DNA from: Tubiluchus corallicola
Taxonomy: Eukaryota > Animalia > Priapulida
Length of the DNA stretch: 64,000 nucleotides
Reading direction: 5' to 3'
Assembly: GCA_030141605.1 (NCBI GenBank)
Contig: JAQGDQ010000555.1
Span: 62,001-126,000, forward strand
Positions 39,701 through 51,334 of the stretch are shown piece after piece. The stretch's first letter is position 1. Every line of letters begins with the position of its first letter. The translations under genes and the position numbers were made by a program. Below the pieces are notes generated by a model, which did no database searches, was not told the origin of the DNA, and was given only the letters and a program-made list of their open reading frames with translations.

Positions 39701-42700
39701 CATTGCTTTAGCTGTGAAGCAATAATCAAAAGTAATGAGTGAAAATGAGGTACAGCAGTACCTATATACGAGCCGTACTAATATGGACATGAAAAACAGA
39801 TCAAATAATAATTACAATATGATACATTCCAATTTTCCAATTCTTTTCCCCGTTTCCTTCATCGTTTTTTCTTTAGACGATTCTACTTTATCGCTACAAT
39901 GAACAGAGGACAATCAAACCAAGATACTTCAAGCATCGAACAATATTTACATAGCATATTTTTATAGTCAAAAGCACACAATTTGAAAATAAAAGTCCTA
40001 AAACCCTTTCTTACCATTACAACATTTACAATTCAAAGTGCTTTACAAATACAAGATCAAAAACCAAGTTTATAAAAAGGCAGCTTAATCACAACTTAGT
40101 GACTTGTATTGACCAACAAGAGGACAAATACAGAGTGAGCCACGTAAAATGGCAACAAAAAATCCCCTAGCCATATTGCATTTGACTTACACTTGCTAGT
40201 GTTTCTCGCGCAATACGTTATTACATAATGCAACGTATTTCTCACATTGTTTGTTAAACTAAGGTAAACATAGAAATAAACTAACTAGCAAAAACTAACA
40301 TTGTAACACACCACGTAAAGTATTAATTACTCTAACGTGTACATTAATGGTGCAAATAGGTATAGCAATTTTCAAAAATTAATGACATTTTTTACAAAAC
40401 TACACGATAGTGTTGCCACACATTCATTCGTGTCATAGATTCTGACACTTCATAGATCATAAGAATCTCTGCATTAAAGGCAAGCGGTAACCAGTTATTA
40501 CCATACGTCATTGGGTTTCGGAACTTAACTGGACCATTCATATAGCACCCCCATAGCCTAGTTGTTAGTTGGCTATTTCGTTATTTTGCTAGTCATAATC
40601 CAACAGTTTTGTTACATTTCTGTTAAGCTGCAAACAGAAAGAAGCATATTCCAATAGACAATATTTACATAGCGTATTTACGTTCGTGTGACTAATAAGC
40701 TTTTATGACATTTATATCATCTTAGTTCGCTTTTGTCACATAATATACATAGAAACAATAATGTTAAGTACCGTTTTGCATGTAAGCAGGAACGTTTGTC
40801 ATACGCTAATACGCTAGCCTAATGGTTTGCTTTAGTAGAAGTTCTGGCTCACTTTTCCAGGAAGTTTAATCAGTTGCTTGCTTGCTGTTATGCCAGGGAT
40901 GCAGGTACAGTACAGCAAGTACGTCACGATAGCAAGCGAGAGTTTGCAGACGAAACCACATGCCGGGAGTACGGTCACCACTAACAGTTCAAGCACATTG
41001 TATGAACAACACTGTATGCCCACACTGTATCTCTACACTAGGCAGAAGAGCTACACAAGCAGCCAACAGCTAGAGGGCAGAGGTCAAGTGACCCAACGGC
41101 CATGTGTAGAGGAGTAAATCTTCCAAATCAGGAGTGGAGCCCCGAAGGCGAACCAGTGCAGCATGCTCAATGACTCCAGCAGCTCCTGCAGCCAACCTGG
41201 TGCCAAACGTATCGCTCGGCTTTCCTTTGGACTACACCAGGGAGTAAGAGAGGGGGTTCCTGTTGTCTGGGCAACTCAGGATCTCCATACACCTTGCCCA
41301 GGCGTGCGCCCCGGAGACGTACTGCTCAGCCACAGTCGATGCTGCAACTCCATCAATGTGATCAGTAACTGACTCTCTTGGTGCGAGAGAGAGAGAGAGG
41401 GGGGGGGGGGGAGGGGAGAGATCACTTTAGTATAAGCTCCTTACCTATATTGTCCCTTTGCGTTATAAGGAAAAGCAAATCCTATTTGCTTTGTTCAGCG
41501 ATTTCTGCAAGTCCAATTTGGAACCACTTCAAAAAATGAGCCATTCTTCATCTTTCTCCAGGTAACTTAAAGCATGTCACAAGCTAGACTTGTGCAGAAA
41601 ATCTGTGAATCCTCAAGCAAGCTCTCGGATCTTTCCACAACAATTTTATTTGTCCGTTGTTGACTATTATTTCACTACCTCGTGCATCCAGCGATTTAAT
41701 GTAATTAAAATAAATAGTGAAGAGTAAGAATCACCAACTGTCTAAATGGCTAGTCTACTTAAGCCCAGGAAAGTAATTAGTTTCTGTTAGATCATTAAAT
41801 TTTGCAGCACCTTAAGCTGGTCCGTCTAATAAGTAATTACTAAACAGGTCAGCAACTGAAGAATGAAAAGGTCAGCAAGTCGAAAATTAGATGATTGTAG
41901 CAGCAAAAAACAGCAGAGGAAACAATTAGAAAATTAAAGGTTTGACAGTTTAAGATACTTCCTTGATTTTCTAGGCATACATTGAAATTCTTGATTAGCG
42001 ATCTTTAAGGTATAGTAGATGCAAACTATGACGAAGTGTTTCACAAGGTAGCGCACACCGTCAAGCAGAATCTTATATTTTGACATGTGGCATTTGATAT
42101 TTTATTTTCCTTAATAATGTGAGCGACAGTACTCTGTGCAGCACAGTATTGGTCAAATGTAGCTCTAACGTGATTTTCCGCCTGACTAGACCACGTTATG
42201 GAGTGGTTGTTGGCACACACAATCGCGTGTCATCATTGTGAAAAGATTTCAATGAGATGTATAAATTTTCATTTTCATGAATCTTGGACTCAATTGCAGC
42301 AGTAAATAGTTTATCAAATTTAATATTTACAAGATGGATATTTTACAGTTTAATGTATAATCGTCAGAAAAACACTTACTTATTTCTTGCCTTCTTCATA
42401 AAGACTGCTGTCCTCTCTGGCGTTATTGCAAAAGATGTTGCCTTATTGGAGGAAAATGCTGTTGCCATATACGATGTGGCTCATGATGCTCTTGTTGTCT
42501 GGGTCACTTATGTTGTTGTTTATGTTTATGTCTTTGTCGTTGCTGTTGTACATTTATTATTCCTCCTATTTGTATTTTTACACGTAAACAAGCCGCATTT
42601 AATGAACATTTATTTTGACCTAAGCCTAACTGCATCATAAAAAATTGGGCTAAATGCAAGTGACGTCTGCACATGATATATAAGACTAATGTATGATTAT

Positions 42701-42730
42701 ATGGCGATATAATTGATATAATTATAATAT

Positions 42731-43795
42731 TTGTATGTCAGAATAGCTACCTCCTATATTTTTGTTCTTCTAAACCATGAGGTTGTATGTCAGAATGGCT
42801 GTCTTCTACATTTTAGTTCTTCTAAACCACGAGGTTGTATGTCAGAATGGCTACCTTCTACATTTTAGTTCTTCTAAACCATGAGGTTGTATGTCAGAAT
42901 GGCTGTCTTCTACATTTAGTTCTTCTAAACCACGAGGTTGTATGTCAGAATGGCTACCTTCTACATTTTAGTTCTTCTAAACCATGAGGTTGTATGTCAG
43001 AATGGCTACCTCCTATATTTTTGTTCTTCTAAACCACGAGGTTGTATGTCAGAATGGCTGTCTTCTACATTTTAGTTCTTCTAAACCACGAGGTTGTATG
43101 TCAGAATGGCTACCTTCTACATTTTAGTTCTTCTGAACCATGAGGTTGTATGTCAGAATGGCTGTCTTCTACATTTTAGTTCTTCTAAACCACGAGGCTG
43201 TATGTCAGAATGGCTACCTTCTACATTTTAGTTCTTCTAAACCACGAGGTTGTATGTCAGAATGGCTGTCTTCTACATTTTAGTTCTTCTAAACCATGAG
43301 GTTGTATGTCAGAATGGCTGTCTTCTACATTTTAGTTCTTCTAAACCACGAGGTTGTATGTCAGAATGGCTACCTTCTACATTTTAGTTCTTCAAAACCA
43401 CGAGGTTGTATGTCAGAATGGCTATCTTCTACATTTTAGTTCTTCTAAACCACGAGGTTGTGTGTCAGAATGGCTGTCTTCTACATTTTAGTTCTGCTAA
43501 ACCACGAGGTTGTGTGTCAGAATGGCTACCTTCTACACTTTAGTTCTTCAAAACCACGAGGTTGTATGTCAGAATGGCTGTCTTCTACATTTTAGTTCTT
43601 CTAAACCACGAGGTTGTATGTCAGAATGGCTACCTTCTACATTTTAGTTCTTCAAAACCACGAGGTTGTATGTCAGAATGGCTATCTTCTACATTTTAGT
43701 TCTTCTAAACCACGAGGTTGTGTGTCAGAATGGCTGTCTTCTACATTTTAGTTCTGCTAAACCACGAGGTTGTGTGTCAGAATGGCTACCTTCTA
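42731..43795. repeat. 52-bp satellite array, left arm, about 20 copies
   Basis: Unit GTTGTATGTCAGAATGGCTACCTTCTACATTTTAGTTCTTCTAAACCACGAG; the array ends at CCTTCTA. Confidence 0.96.
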
Positions 43796-43934
43796 TTTTA
43801 TTATTATTTATTTATTGACCATGGTCAAAGATATATACAAAAAGTCATAAGAATCGTTTCGAGATAGTTGCAACATTTAAGAAATTTGGGCTGATCATAG
43901 TCCATAGATCACTCAATGTATGGTGTAGTAACAA

Positions 43935-45434
43935 TTAGAGACCAAAAATGGCTAGAGCATCGTGTACAAAATTACAAATATCAGCGGGATTTCCGCTGAA
44001 GAAAGTCACTAAATCATCAAATATTAAATCGGAATTGTTTCTTAAGATACGTGTTTCAGGGCATTCACATATTACGTGCAGTTCTGTTTGGATTTGTCCA
44101 CATGAACAGAGTCTTCGCTCTCTTTCAATACGGGACCAACGACCAGTTTCTATGGCAAGGTTGTGTGAGGAAAGTCTGAGCCTTGACGTTTTTATCCGTT
44201 TCAGTTCATTAACATTGTCACAGTAAATTCGATGGATAGAGAGTTCAGGGTTTAGTTGTAAGTATGTGACAAATTTCGTACGGTCAGAAGCGCGGGTCCT
44301 ATCTTTGATTCTATTCAGGTCATCATCGATAAAATCACCACGGTATCCAGTTATATTACGCAAATATCGAGCACATGGGGTGTTTGACTCGCGACACAAA
44401 TTGTAAACAATCATAAACGGATCATCAGGAATATTCACTCTTGAGCGAACACTCTTATTGAAAAAGCGAGATTGGGTGTCCTTCACAAAACCATTCAGGG
44501 AGGGAAGGCCCAACTCTATGAGACACAAATCATTAGCAGTTGTACGTCGCACACCGAGTAAACATTTGATAACACTAATATACATCCCTTGAATAGGATT
44601 AAGGTCATTGAATAGCCAAGACTCACATCCGTAAGTAATTGCAGCAAGTAGCGCGGCATTTAAAACTAACTTCTTAACTGCGAAAGGATAAGCTGAATTC
44701 TTAGAAATAAATGACACGAACTTCAGTACGTGACAATATTTGTCTTCGCAGTGTTTTTCCAGAGCGGGTTTAAATTTTCCTGTTGAGCTAAAGACAGCAC
44801 CGAGGTAAACGTAATAGTCACAGTGATTAACAGTAAGGGGGTTCACTACGAGGTCCAGACGATCAACAGCATCGCCATTAATAACCATAAATTTAGTCTT
44901 TTTTAAGTTCACCTTCATACCGGATTGATCACAGAACTCAATAAGGATACTGAGTTTTTGAATAATACCTTCTCTAGATGTTGACAATAAGATTGTATCA
45001 TCCATCAACATCAAACAGTGTAAATTTCCTAGGAAACCATCGAGACCACATCGAGACTTTAATTCACGAATAAGAGGGTTAATATACAGTGTGAAGAGGA
45101 AACAGGATGACGGAGAACCCTGCTTCACACCTAATGTAACACCAATAACGGCAGCACCAAGGACCAGCTGCGTATTCACATACATGGCAGCAAGAGCAGA
45201 AAGCATCACAAGACGACAGCCAAGAGCTCTCAAGGCCCTAATCAAACCAGAACGTGGAACTCTATCGTAAGCTTTCGAGAAGTCTACGAAAACGATATAT
45301 AATTTCCTCTTTTTAAACAGTGCATAGTCCATTAATAGTCTTAGAGTCACAATCCACTCAATGCAGGATCTACCCTTTTGGGCGCCAGCCTGCTCCCTAT
45401 CGGGTTTGAACCACATCTCTAAACGAAAAAACAA
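43935..45434 (-). CDS. Non-LTR retrotransposon RT and C-terminal domain, 5'-truncated with no endonuclease, copy 1
   Basis: EQAG, FVDFSKAYDRV, GVKQG, LMDDT, YLG and C-terminal HNLAIETGRW..C.C..E.H...C motifs; the frame opens without an ATG. Confidence 0.93.
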   Translation of the reverse strand: MFFRLEMWFKPDREQAGAQKGRSCIEWIVTLRLLMDYALFKKRKLYIVFVDFSKAYDRVPRSGLIRALRALGCRLVMLSALAAMYVNTQLVLGAAVIGVTLGVKQGSPSSCFLFTLYINPLIRELKSRCGLDGFLGNLHCLMLMDDTILLSTSREGIIQKLSILIEFCDQSGMKVNLKKTKFMVINGDAVDRLDLVVNPLTVNHCDYYVYLGAVFSSTGKFKPALEKHCEDKYCHVLKFVSFISKNSAYPFAVKKLVLNAALLAAITYGCESWLFNDLNPIQGMYISVIKCLLGVRRTTANDLCLIELGLPSLNGFVKDTQSRFFNKSVRSRVNIPDDPFMIVYNLCRESNTPCARYLRNITGYRGDFIDDDLNRIKDRTRASDRTKFVTYLQLNPELSIHRIYCDNVNELKRIKTSRLRLSSHNLAIETGRWSRIERERRLCSCGQIQTELHVICECPETRILRNNSDLIFDDLVTFFSGNPADICNFVHDALAIFGL

Positions 45435-45454
45435 GTTATAGTGTTTTGATATAA

Positions 45455-46966
45455 TTATAGTTCATCTTCTGATCTTTTGGCACATTCTTTCATTTCTATA
45501 CTTTCTCCTTGAACTGCGTTTTTGTTTTTAATCTTGAATCTGATCAACTTGTACCCAATCCAAATGAGCAAAGAATTCACCTCAATACACGTGATTACCG
45601 TCATTAGCCATAGCCAATCTTTCGCAGAAGAGTAATCTTCATACCAGGCTAATGGTTCCATTTCGTGGTGAGAAATAAGTAGTGCATGAGTTTTGTTAAT
45701 TAAAGCATTTATCTCGTCGGTATAAGTAGTTAGATTATGGCTCTCCAATTTAGGTATCCAACTTTTCACCCGGTGGAGAGAATCACTACATTTGAGAAAA
45801 TATCCAGGGAGATGATACTCATTAGCTTTCTTGCATGTTAGCACAAGACTAGTGTTCTTGGGAATAATCTTTTCTGATGCTCCTGTATATCTTGATACTG
45901 TTCTTAATGAATAACTAGCCTGTCTTTGAACTAGCCACCCACCCATTAATGTAACTACTCCCCAACTTTCTGGCGACCTTTCATATTTGATAGATTGGTC
46001 AAACGGTTGGGTTTCCAAATAAGTTGGGCATACAATTACATTAAGATCTTGGCAAGATCCAGGAGGAATAATTTTAATTTCATTTATTCCCAAAATCATG
46101 TTGAATGCGTTTCCGTGGACAACCCAAGTTCCTCCTTTGACGATTGGCACATTCTGTGTCTTTACATGTACTTTGCCAGGCACTTGGATGATTTCTCTGA
46201 CATTGATTAACATCCACAGTCTTCGTGGCTCAGATTTAATGACTATAGCCCGGCTAGCTCCATAGGATAGCGGGATGCTGTTCTTTTGGTCAGACATGAG
46301 AGAATGAAACTGGGTGGGACTGATCAGTAGGGGGTCTATTTTTGAAGAGGTGATAGATTGTAGGCCATGTCCATATCGGATAGAATTTAAATAGTCGTGA
46401 AGTTTCTTCATGTCGTTAGCGTGTGCCATCATCAGGTTATGTACATTAGCATCTAACTTGCCAACAATTCTCTCTAACTCTTCTAGATCGTGGCCTAGGA
46501 TACCTATTTCTTTATTAGCTATTTCCAGTTCATGTGCTATTATCCCTTGATTGTTTCTTAATTCCCCCATTTTCTTATTTAATGAATTTATTTCTGCCCT
46601 GTTTGTAGCGCCTAAGGCTAAAGCAGCAGTCGCCTCTGCCATAGCTGCGCTGGACATAATTAATCCGAGAAATCGTTTTTTCCTGTTATTATGGGTTGAA
46701 GAATTATCTTTTTCTCGAAACTGAAAGAGATCGTAATGAATATTCCAGGCCCGGGACATATCGACTCTAACAACTTTGAAAGATTGTGCCACTTGATACC
46801 CAATGGGTTTTGGTTCTGTAATTATAATGCCATAAGACGCCAAGGCATCTTGATGTTTGTAGATTATATCTTGCGATAATTGTGGAATAATACTATTTAC
46901 ACTTATTATGGTTCCATAAGTAACAGCTGAAAGAACAAGAAGGATTGAAAGAGTATAATGACCCAT
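45455..46966 (-). CDS. Class I viral fusion glycoprotein (paramyxo/pneumo F-like), 503 aa, endogenous viral element copy 1
   Basis: Signal peptide, furin site RKKR followed by hydrophobic FLGLIMSSAAMAEATAALALG, long heptad repeat, Cys-containing head, N-glycosylation sequons, C-terminal TM and short tail; intronless. Confidence 0.85.
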   Translation of the reverse strand: MGHYTLSILLVLSAVTYGTIISVNSIIPQLSQDIIYKHQDALASYGIIITEPKPIGYQVAQSFKVVRVDMSRAWNIHYDLFQFREKDNSSTHNNRKKRFLGLIMSSAAMAEATAALALGATNRAEINSLNKKMGELRNNQGIIAHELEIANKEIGILGHDLEELERIVGKLDANVHNLMMAHANDMKKLHDYLNSIRYGHGLQSITSSKIDPLLISPTQFHSLMSDQKNSIPLSYGASRAIVIKSEPRRLWMLINVREIIQVPGKVHVKTQNVPIVKGGTWVVHGNAFNMILGINEIKIIPPGSCQDLNVIVCPTYLETQPFDQSIKYERSPESWGVVTLMGGWLVQRQASYSLRTVSRYTGASEKIIPKNTSLVLTCKKANEYHLPGYFLKCSDSLHRVKSWIPKLESHNLTTYTDEINALINKTHALLISHHEMEPLAWYEDYSSAKDWLWLMTVITCIEVNSLLIWIGYKLIRFKIKNKNAVQGESIEMKECAKRSEDEL

Positions 46967-46971
46967 TTTGA

Positions 46972-47495
46972 CTTCTACATTTTAGTTCTTCAAAACCACG
47001 AGGTTGTATGTCAGAATGGCTATCTTCTACATTTTAGTTCTTCTAAACCACGAGGTTGTATGTCAGAATGGCTACCTCCTATATTTTTGTTCTTCAAAAC
47101 CATGAGGTTGTATGTCAGAATGGCTACCTTCTACATTTTAGTTCTTCTAAACCACGAGGTTGTATGTCAGAATGGCTATCTTCTACATTTTAGTTCTTCT
47201 AAACCACGAGGTTGTATGTCAGAATGGCTATCTTCTACATTTTAGTTCTTCTAAACCACGAGGTTGTATGTCAGAATGGCTCTTCTACATTTTAGTTCTG
47301 CTAAACCACGAGGTTGTATGTCAGAATGGCTATCTTCTACATTTTAGTTCTTCAAAACCACGAGGTTGTATGTCAGAATGGCTATCTTCTACATTTTAGT
47401 TCTTCTAAACCACGAGGTTGTGTGTCAGAATGGCTGTCTTCTACATTTTAGTTCTGCTAAACCACGAGGTTGTGTGTCAGAATGGCTACCTTCTA
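46972..47495. repeat. 52-bp satellite spacer 1 (10 units)
   Basis: Same unit; 524 bp = 10x52 + 6-bp TSD - a 2-bp deletion. Confidence 0.95.
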
Positions 47496-47634
47496 TTTTA
47501 TTATTATTTATTTATTGACCATGGTCAAAGATATATACAAAAAGTCATAAGAATCGTTTCGAGATAGTTGCAACATTTAAGAAATTTGGGCTGATCATAG
47601 TCCATAGATCACTCAATGTATGGTGTAGTAACAA

Positions 47635-49134
47635 TTAGAGACCAAAAATGGCTAGAGCATCGTGTACAAAATTACAAATATCAGCGGGATTTCCGCTGAA
47701 GAAAGTCACTAAATCATCAAATATTAAATCGGAATTGTTTCTTAAGATACGTGTTTCAGGGCATTCACATATTACGTGCAGTTCTGTTTGGATTTGTCCA
47801 CATGAACAGAGTCTTCGCTCTCTTTCAATACGGGACCAACGACCGGTTTCTATGGCAAGGTTGTGTGAGGAAAGTCTGAGCCTTGACGTTTTTATCCGTT
47901 TCAGTTCATTAACATTGTCACAGTAAATTCGATGGATAGAGAGTTCAGGGTTTAGTTGTAAGTATGTGACAAATTTCGTACGGTCAGAAGCGCGGGTCCT
48001 ATCTTTGATTCTATTCAGGTCATCATCGATAAAATCACCACGGTATCCAGTTATATTACGCAAATATCGAGCACATGGGGTGTTTGACTCGCGACACAAA
48101 TTGTAAACAATCATAAACGGATCATCAGGAATATTCACTCTTGAGCGAACAATCTTATTGAAAAAGCGAGATTGGGTGTCCTTCACAAAACCATTCAGGG
48201 AGGAAAGGCCCAACTCTATGAGACACAAATCATTAGCAGTTGTACGTCGCACACCGAGTAAACATTTGATAACACTAATATACATCCCTTGAATAGGATT
48301 AAGGTCATTGAATAGCCAAGACTCACATCCGTAAGTAATTGCAGCAAGTAGCGCGGCATTTAAAACTAACTTCTTAACTGCGAAAGGATAAGCTGAATTC
48401 TTAGAAATAAATGACACGAACTTCAGTACGTGACAATATTTGTCTTCGCAGTGTTTTTCCAGAGCGGGTTTAAATTTTCCTGTTGAGCTAAAGACAGCAC
48501 CGAGGTAAACGTAATAGTCACAGTGATTAACAGTAAGGGGGTTCACTACGAGGTCCAGACGATCAACAGCATCGCCATTAATAACCATAAATTTAGTCTT
48601 TTTTAAGTTCACCTTCATACCGGATTGATCACAGAACTCAATAAGGATACTGAGTTTTTGAATAATACCTTCTCTAGATGTTGACAATAAGATTGTATCA
48701 TCCATCAACATCAAACAGTGTAAATTTCCTAGGAAACCATCGAGACCACATCTAGACTTTAATTCACGAATAAGAGGGTTAATATACAGTGTGAAGAGGA
48801 AACAGGATGACGGAGAACCCTGCTTCACACCTAATGTAACACCAATAACGGCAGCACCAAGGACCAGCTGCGTATTCACATACATGGCAGCAAGAGCAGA
48901 AAGCATCACAAGACGACAGCCAAGAGCTCTCAAGGCCCTAATCAAACCAGAACGTGGAACTCTATCGTAAGCTTTCGAGAAGTCTACGAAAACGATATAT
49001 AATTTCCTCTTTTTAAACAGTGCATAGTCCATTAATAGTCTTAGAGTCACAATCCACTCAATGCAGGATCTACCCTTTTGGGCGCCAGCCTGCTCCCTAT
49101 CGGGTTTGAACCACATCTCTAAACGAAAAAACAA
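47635..49134 (-). CDS. 5'-truncated LINE RT, copy 2 (insert 47496-50671)
   Basis: Differs from copy 1 by two amino acids; offset exactly 3700 bp. Confidence 0.93.
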   Translation of the reverse strand: MFFRLEMWFKPDREQAGAQKGRSCIEWIVTLRLLMDYALFKKRKLYIVFVDFSKAYDRVPRSGLIRALRALGCRLVMLSALAAMYVNTQLVLGAAVIGVTLGVKQGSPSSCFLFTLYINPLIRELKSRCGLDGFLGNLHCLMLMDDTILLSTSREGIIQKLSILIEFCDQSGMKVNLKKTKFMVINGDAVDRLDLVVNPLTVNHCDYYVYLGAVFSSTGKFKPALEKHCEDKYCHVLKFVSFISKNSAYPFAVKKLVLNAALLAAITYGCESWLFNDLNPIQGMYISVIKCLLGVRRTTANDLCLIELGLSSLNGFVKDTQSRFFNKIVRSRVNIPDDPFMIVYNLCRESNTPCARYLRNITGYRGDFIDDDLNRIKDRTRASDRTKFVTYLQLNPELSIHRIYCDNVNELKRIKTSRLRLSSHNLAIETGRWSRIERERRLCSCGQIQTELHVICECPETRILRNNSDLIFDDLVTFFSGNPADICNFVHDALAIFGL

Positions 49135-49154
49135 GTTATAGTGTTTTGATATAA

Positions 49155-50666
49155 TTATAGTTCATCTTCTGATCTTTTGGCACATTCTTTCATTTCTATA
49201 CTTTCTCCTTGAACTGCGTTTTTGTTTTTAATCTTGAATCTGATCAACTTGTACCCAATCCAAATGAGCAAAGAATTCACCTCAATACACGTGATTACCG
49301 TCATTAGCCATAGCCAATCTTTCGCAGAAGAGTAATCTTCATACCAGGCTAATGGTTCCATTTCGTGGTGAGAAATAAGTAGTGCATGAGTTTTGTTAAT
49401 TAAAGCATTTATCTCGTCGGTATAAGTAGTTAGATTATGGCTCTCCAATTTAGGTATCCAACTTTTCACCCGGTGGAGAGAATCACTACATTTGAGAAAA
49501 TATCCAGGGAGATGATACTCATTAGCTTTCTTGCATGTTAGCACAAGACTAGTGTTCTTGGGAATAATCTTTTCTGATGCTCCTGTATATCTTGATACTG
49601 TTCTTAATGAATAACTAGCCTGTCTTTGAACTAGCCACCCACCCATTAATGTAACTACTCCCCAACTTTCTGGCGACCTTTCATATTTGATAGATTGGTC
49701 AAACGGTTGGGTTTCCAAATAAGTTGGGCATACAATTACATTAAGATCTTGGCAAGATCCAGGAGGAATAATTTTAATTTCATTTATTCCCAAAATCATG
49801 TTGAATGCGTTTCCGTGGACAACCCAAGTTCCTCCTTTGACGATTGGCACATTCTGTGTCTTTACATGTACTTTGCCAGGCACTTGGATGATTTCTCTGA
49901 CATTGATTAACATCCACAGTCTTCGTGGCTCAGATTTAATGACTATAGCCCGGCTAGCTCCATAGGATAGCGGGATGCTGTTCTTTTGGTCAGACATGAG
50001 AGAATGAAACTGGGTGGGACTGATCAGTAGGGGGTCTATTTTTGAAGAGGTGATAGATTGTAGGCCATGTCCATATCGGATAGAATTTAAATAGTCGTGA
50101 AGTTTCTTCATGTCGTTAGCGTGTGCCATCATCAGGTTATGTACATTAGCATCTAACTTGCCAACAATTCTCTCTAACTCTTCTAGATCGTGGCCTAGGA
50201 TACCTATTTCTTTATTAGCTATTTCCAGTTCATGTGCTATTATCCCTTGATTGTTTCTTAATTCCCCCATTTTCTTATTTAATGAATTTATTTCTGCCCT
50301 GTTTGTAGCGCCTAAGGCTAAAGCAGCAGTCGCCTCTGCCATAGCTGCGCTGGACATAATTAATCCGAGAAATCGTTTTTTCCTGTTATTATGGGTTGAA
50401 GAATTATCTTTTTCTCGAAACTGAAAGAGATCGTAATGAATATTCCAGGCCCGGGACATATCGACTCTAACAACTTTGAAAGATTGTGCCACTTGATACC
50501 CAATGGGTTTTGGTTCTGTAATTATAATGCCATAAGACGCCAAGGCATCTTGATGTTTGTAGATTATATCTTGCGATAATTGTGGAATAATACTATTTAC
50601 ACTTATTATGGTTCCATAAGTAACAGCTGAAAGAACAAGAAGGATTGAAAGAGTATAATGACCCAT
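49155..50666 (-). CDS. Viral F-like fusion glycoprotein, copy 2
   Basis: Protein identical to copy 1. Confidence 0.85.
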   Translation of the reverse strand: MGHYTLSILLVLSAVTYGTIISVNSIIPQLSQDIIYKHQDALASYGIIITEPKPIGYQVAQSFKVVRVDMSRAWNIHYDLFQFREKDNSSTHNNRKKRFLGLIMSSAAMAEATAALALGATNRAEINSLNKKMGELRNNQGIIAHELEIANKEIGILGHDLEELERIVGKLDANVHNLMMAHANDMKKLHDYLNSIRYGHGLQSITSSKIDPLLISPTQFHSLMSDQKNSIPLSYGASRAIVIKSEPRRLWMLINVREIIQVPGKVHVKTQNVPIVKGGTWVVHGNAFNMILGINEIKIIPPGSCQDLNVIVCPTYLETQPFDQSIKYERSPESWGVVTLMGGWLVQRQASYSLRTVSRYTGASEKIIPKNTSLVLTCKKANEYHLPGYFLKCSDSLHRVKSWIPKLESHNLTTYTDEINALINKTHALLISHHEMEPLAWYEDYSSAKDWLWLMTVITCIEVNSLLIWIGYKLIRFKIKNKNAVQGESIEMKECAKRSEDEL

Positions 50667-50671
50667 TTTGA

Positions 50672-51195
50672 CTTCTACATTTTAGTTCTTCAAAACCACG
50701 AGGTTGTATGTCAGAATGGCTATCTTCTACATTTTAGTTCTTCTAAACCACGAGGTTGTATGTCAGAATGGCTACCTCCTATATTTTTGTTCTTCAAAAC
50801 CATGAGGTTGTATGTCAGAATGGCTACCTTCTACATTTTAGTTCTTCTAAACCACGAGGTTGTATGTCAGAATGGCTATCTTCTACATTTTAGTTCTTCT
50901 AAACCACGAGGTTGTATGTCAGAATGGCTATCTTCTACATTTTAGTTCTTCTAAACCACGAGGTTGTATGTCAGAATGGCTCTTCTACATTTTAGTTCTG
51001 CTAAACCACGAGGTTGTATGTCAGAATGGCTATCTTCTACATTTTAGTTCTTCAAAACCACGAGGTTGTATGTCAGAATGGCTATCTTCTACATTTTAGT
51101 TCTTCTAAACCACGAGGTTGTGTGTCAGAATGGCTGTCTTCTACATTTTAGTTCTGCTAAACCACGAGGTTGTGTGTCAGAATGGCTACCTTCTA
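50672..51195. repeat. 52-bp satellite spacer 2 (10 units)
   Basis: Same variant order as spacer 1. Confidence 0.95.
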
Positions 51196-51334
51196 TTTTA
51201 TTATTATTTATTTATTGACCATGGTCAAAGATATATACAAAAAGTCATAAGAATCGTTTCGAGATAGCTGCAACATTTAAGAAATTTGGGCTGATCATAG
51301 TCCATAGATCACTCAATGTATGGTGTAGTAACAA

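Larger units (their letters stand above)
43796..46971 (-). mobile_element. Chimeric retro-insertion copy 1 (viral F-like gene plus 5'-truncated LINE with TAA tail), target-site duplication CTTCTA
   Basis: CTTCTA at 43790-43795 and 46972-46977 flanks the insert; (TAA/TAAA)n tail at 43796-43816. Confidence 0.85.

Noticed and set aside
42284-42640. 118-aa hydrophobic ORF and an antisense Q/H-rich stretch
   Set aside because: Low complexity; the antisense frame has several stops and no recognisable domain.
45455-45470. C-terminal EDEL as an ER-retention signal
   Set aside because: It lies after the TM segment on the cytoplasmic side, where KDEL-type retrieval does not apply.
43796-46971. Autonomous env-bearing retrovirus or LTR element
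   Set aside because: No gag, protease, integrase, LTR or PBS; the RT is non-LTR type, lacks its endonuclease and N-terminus, and F lies upstream of it.
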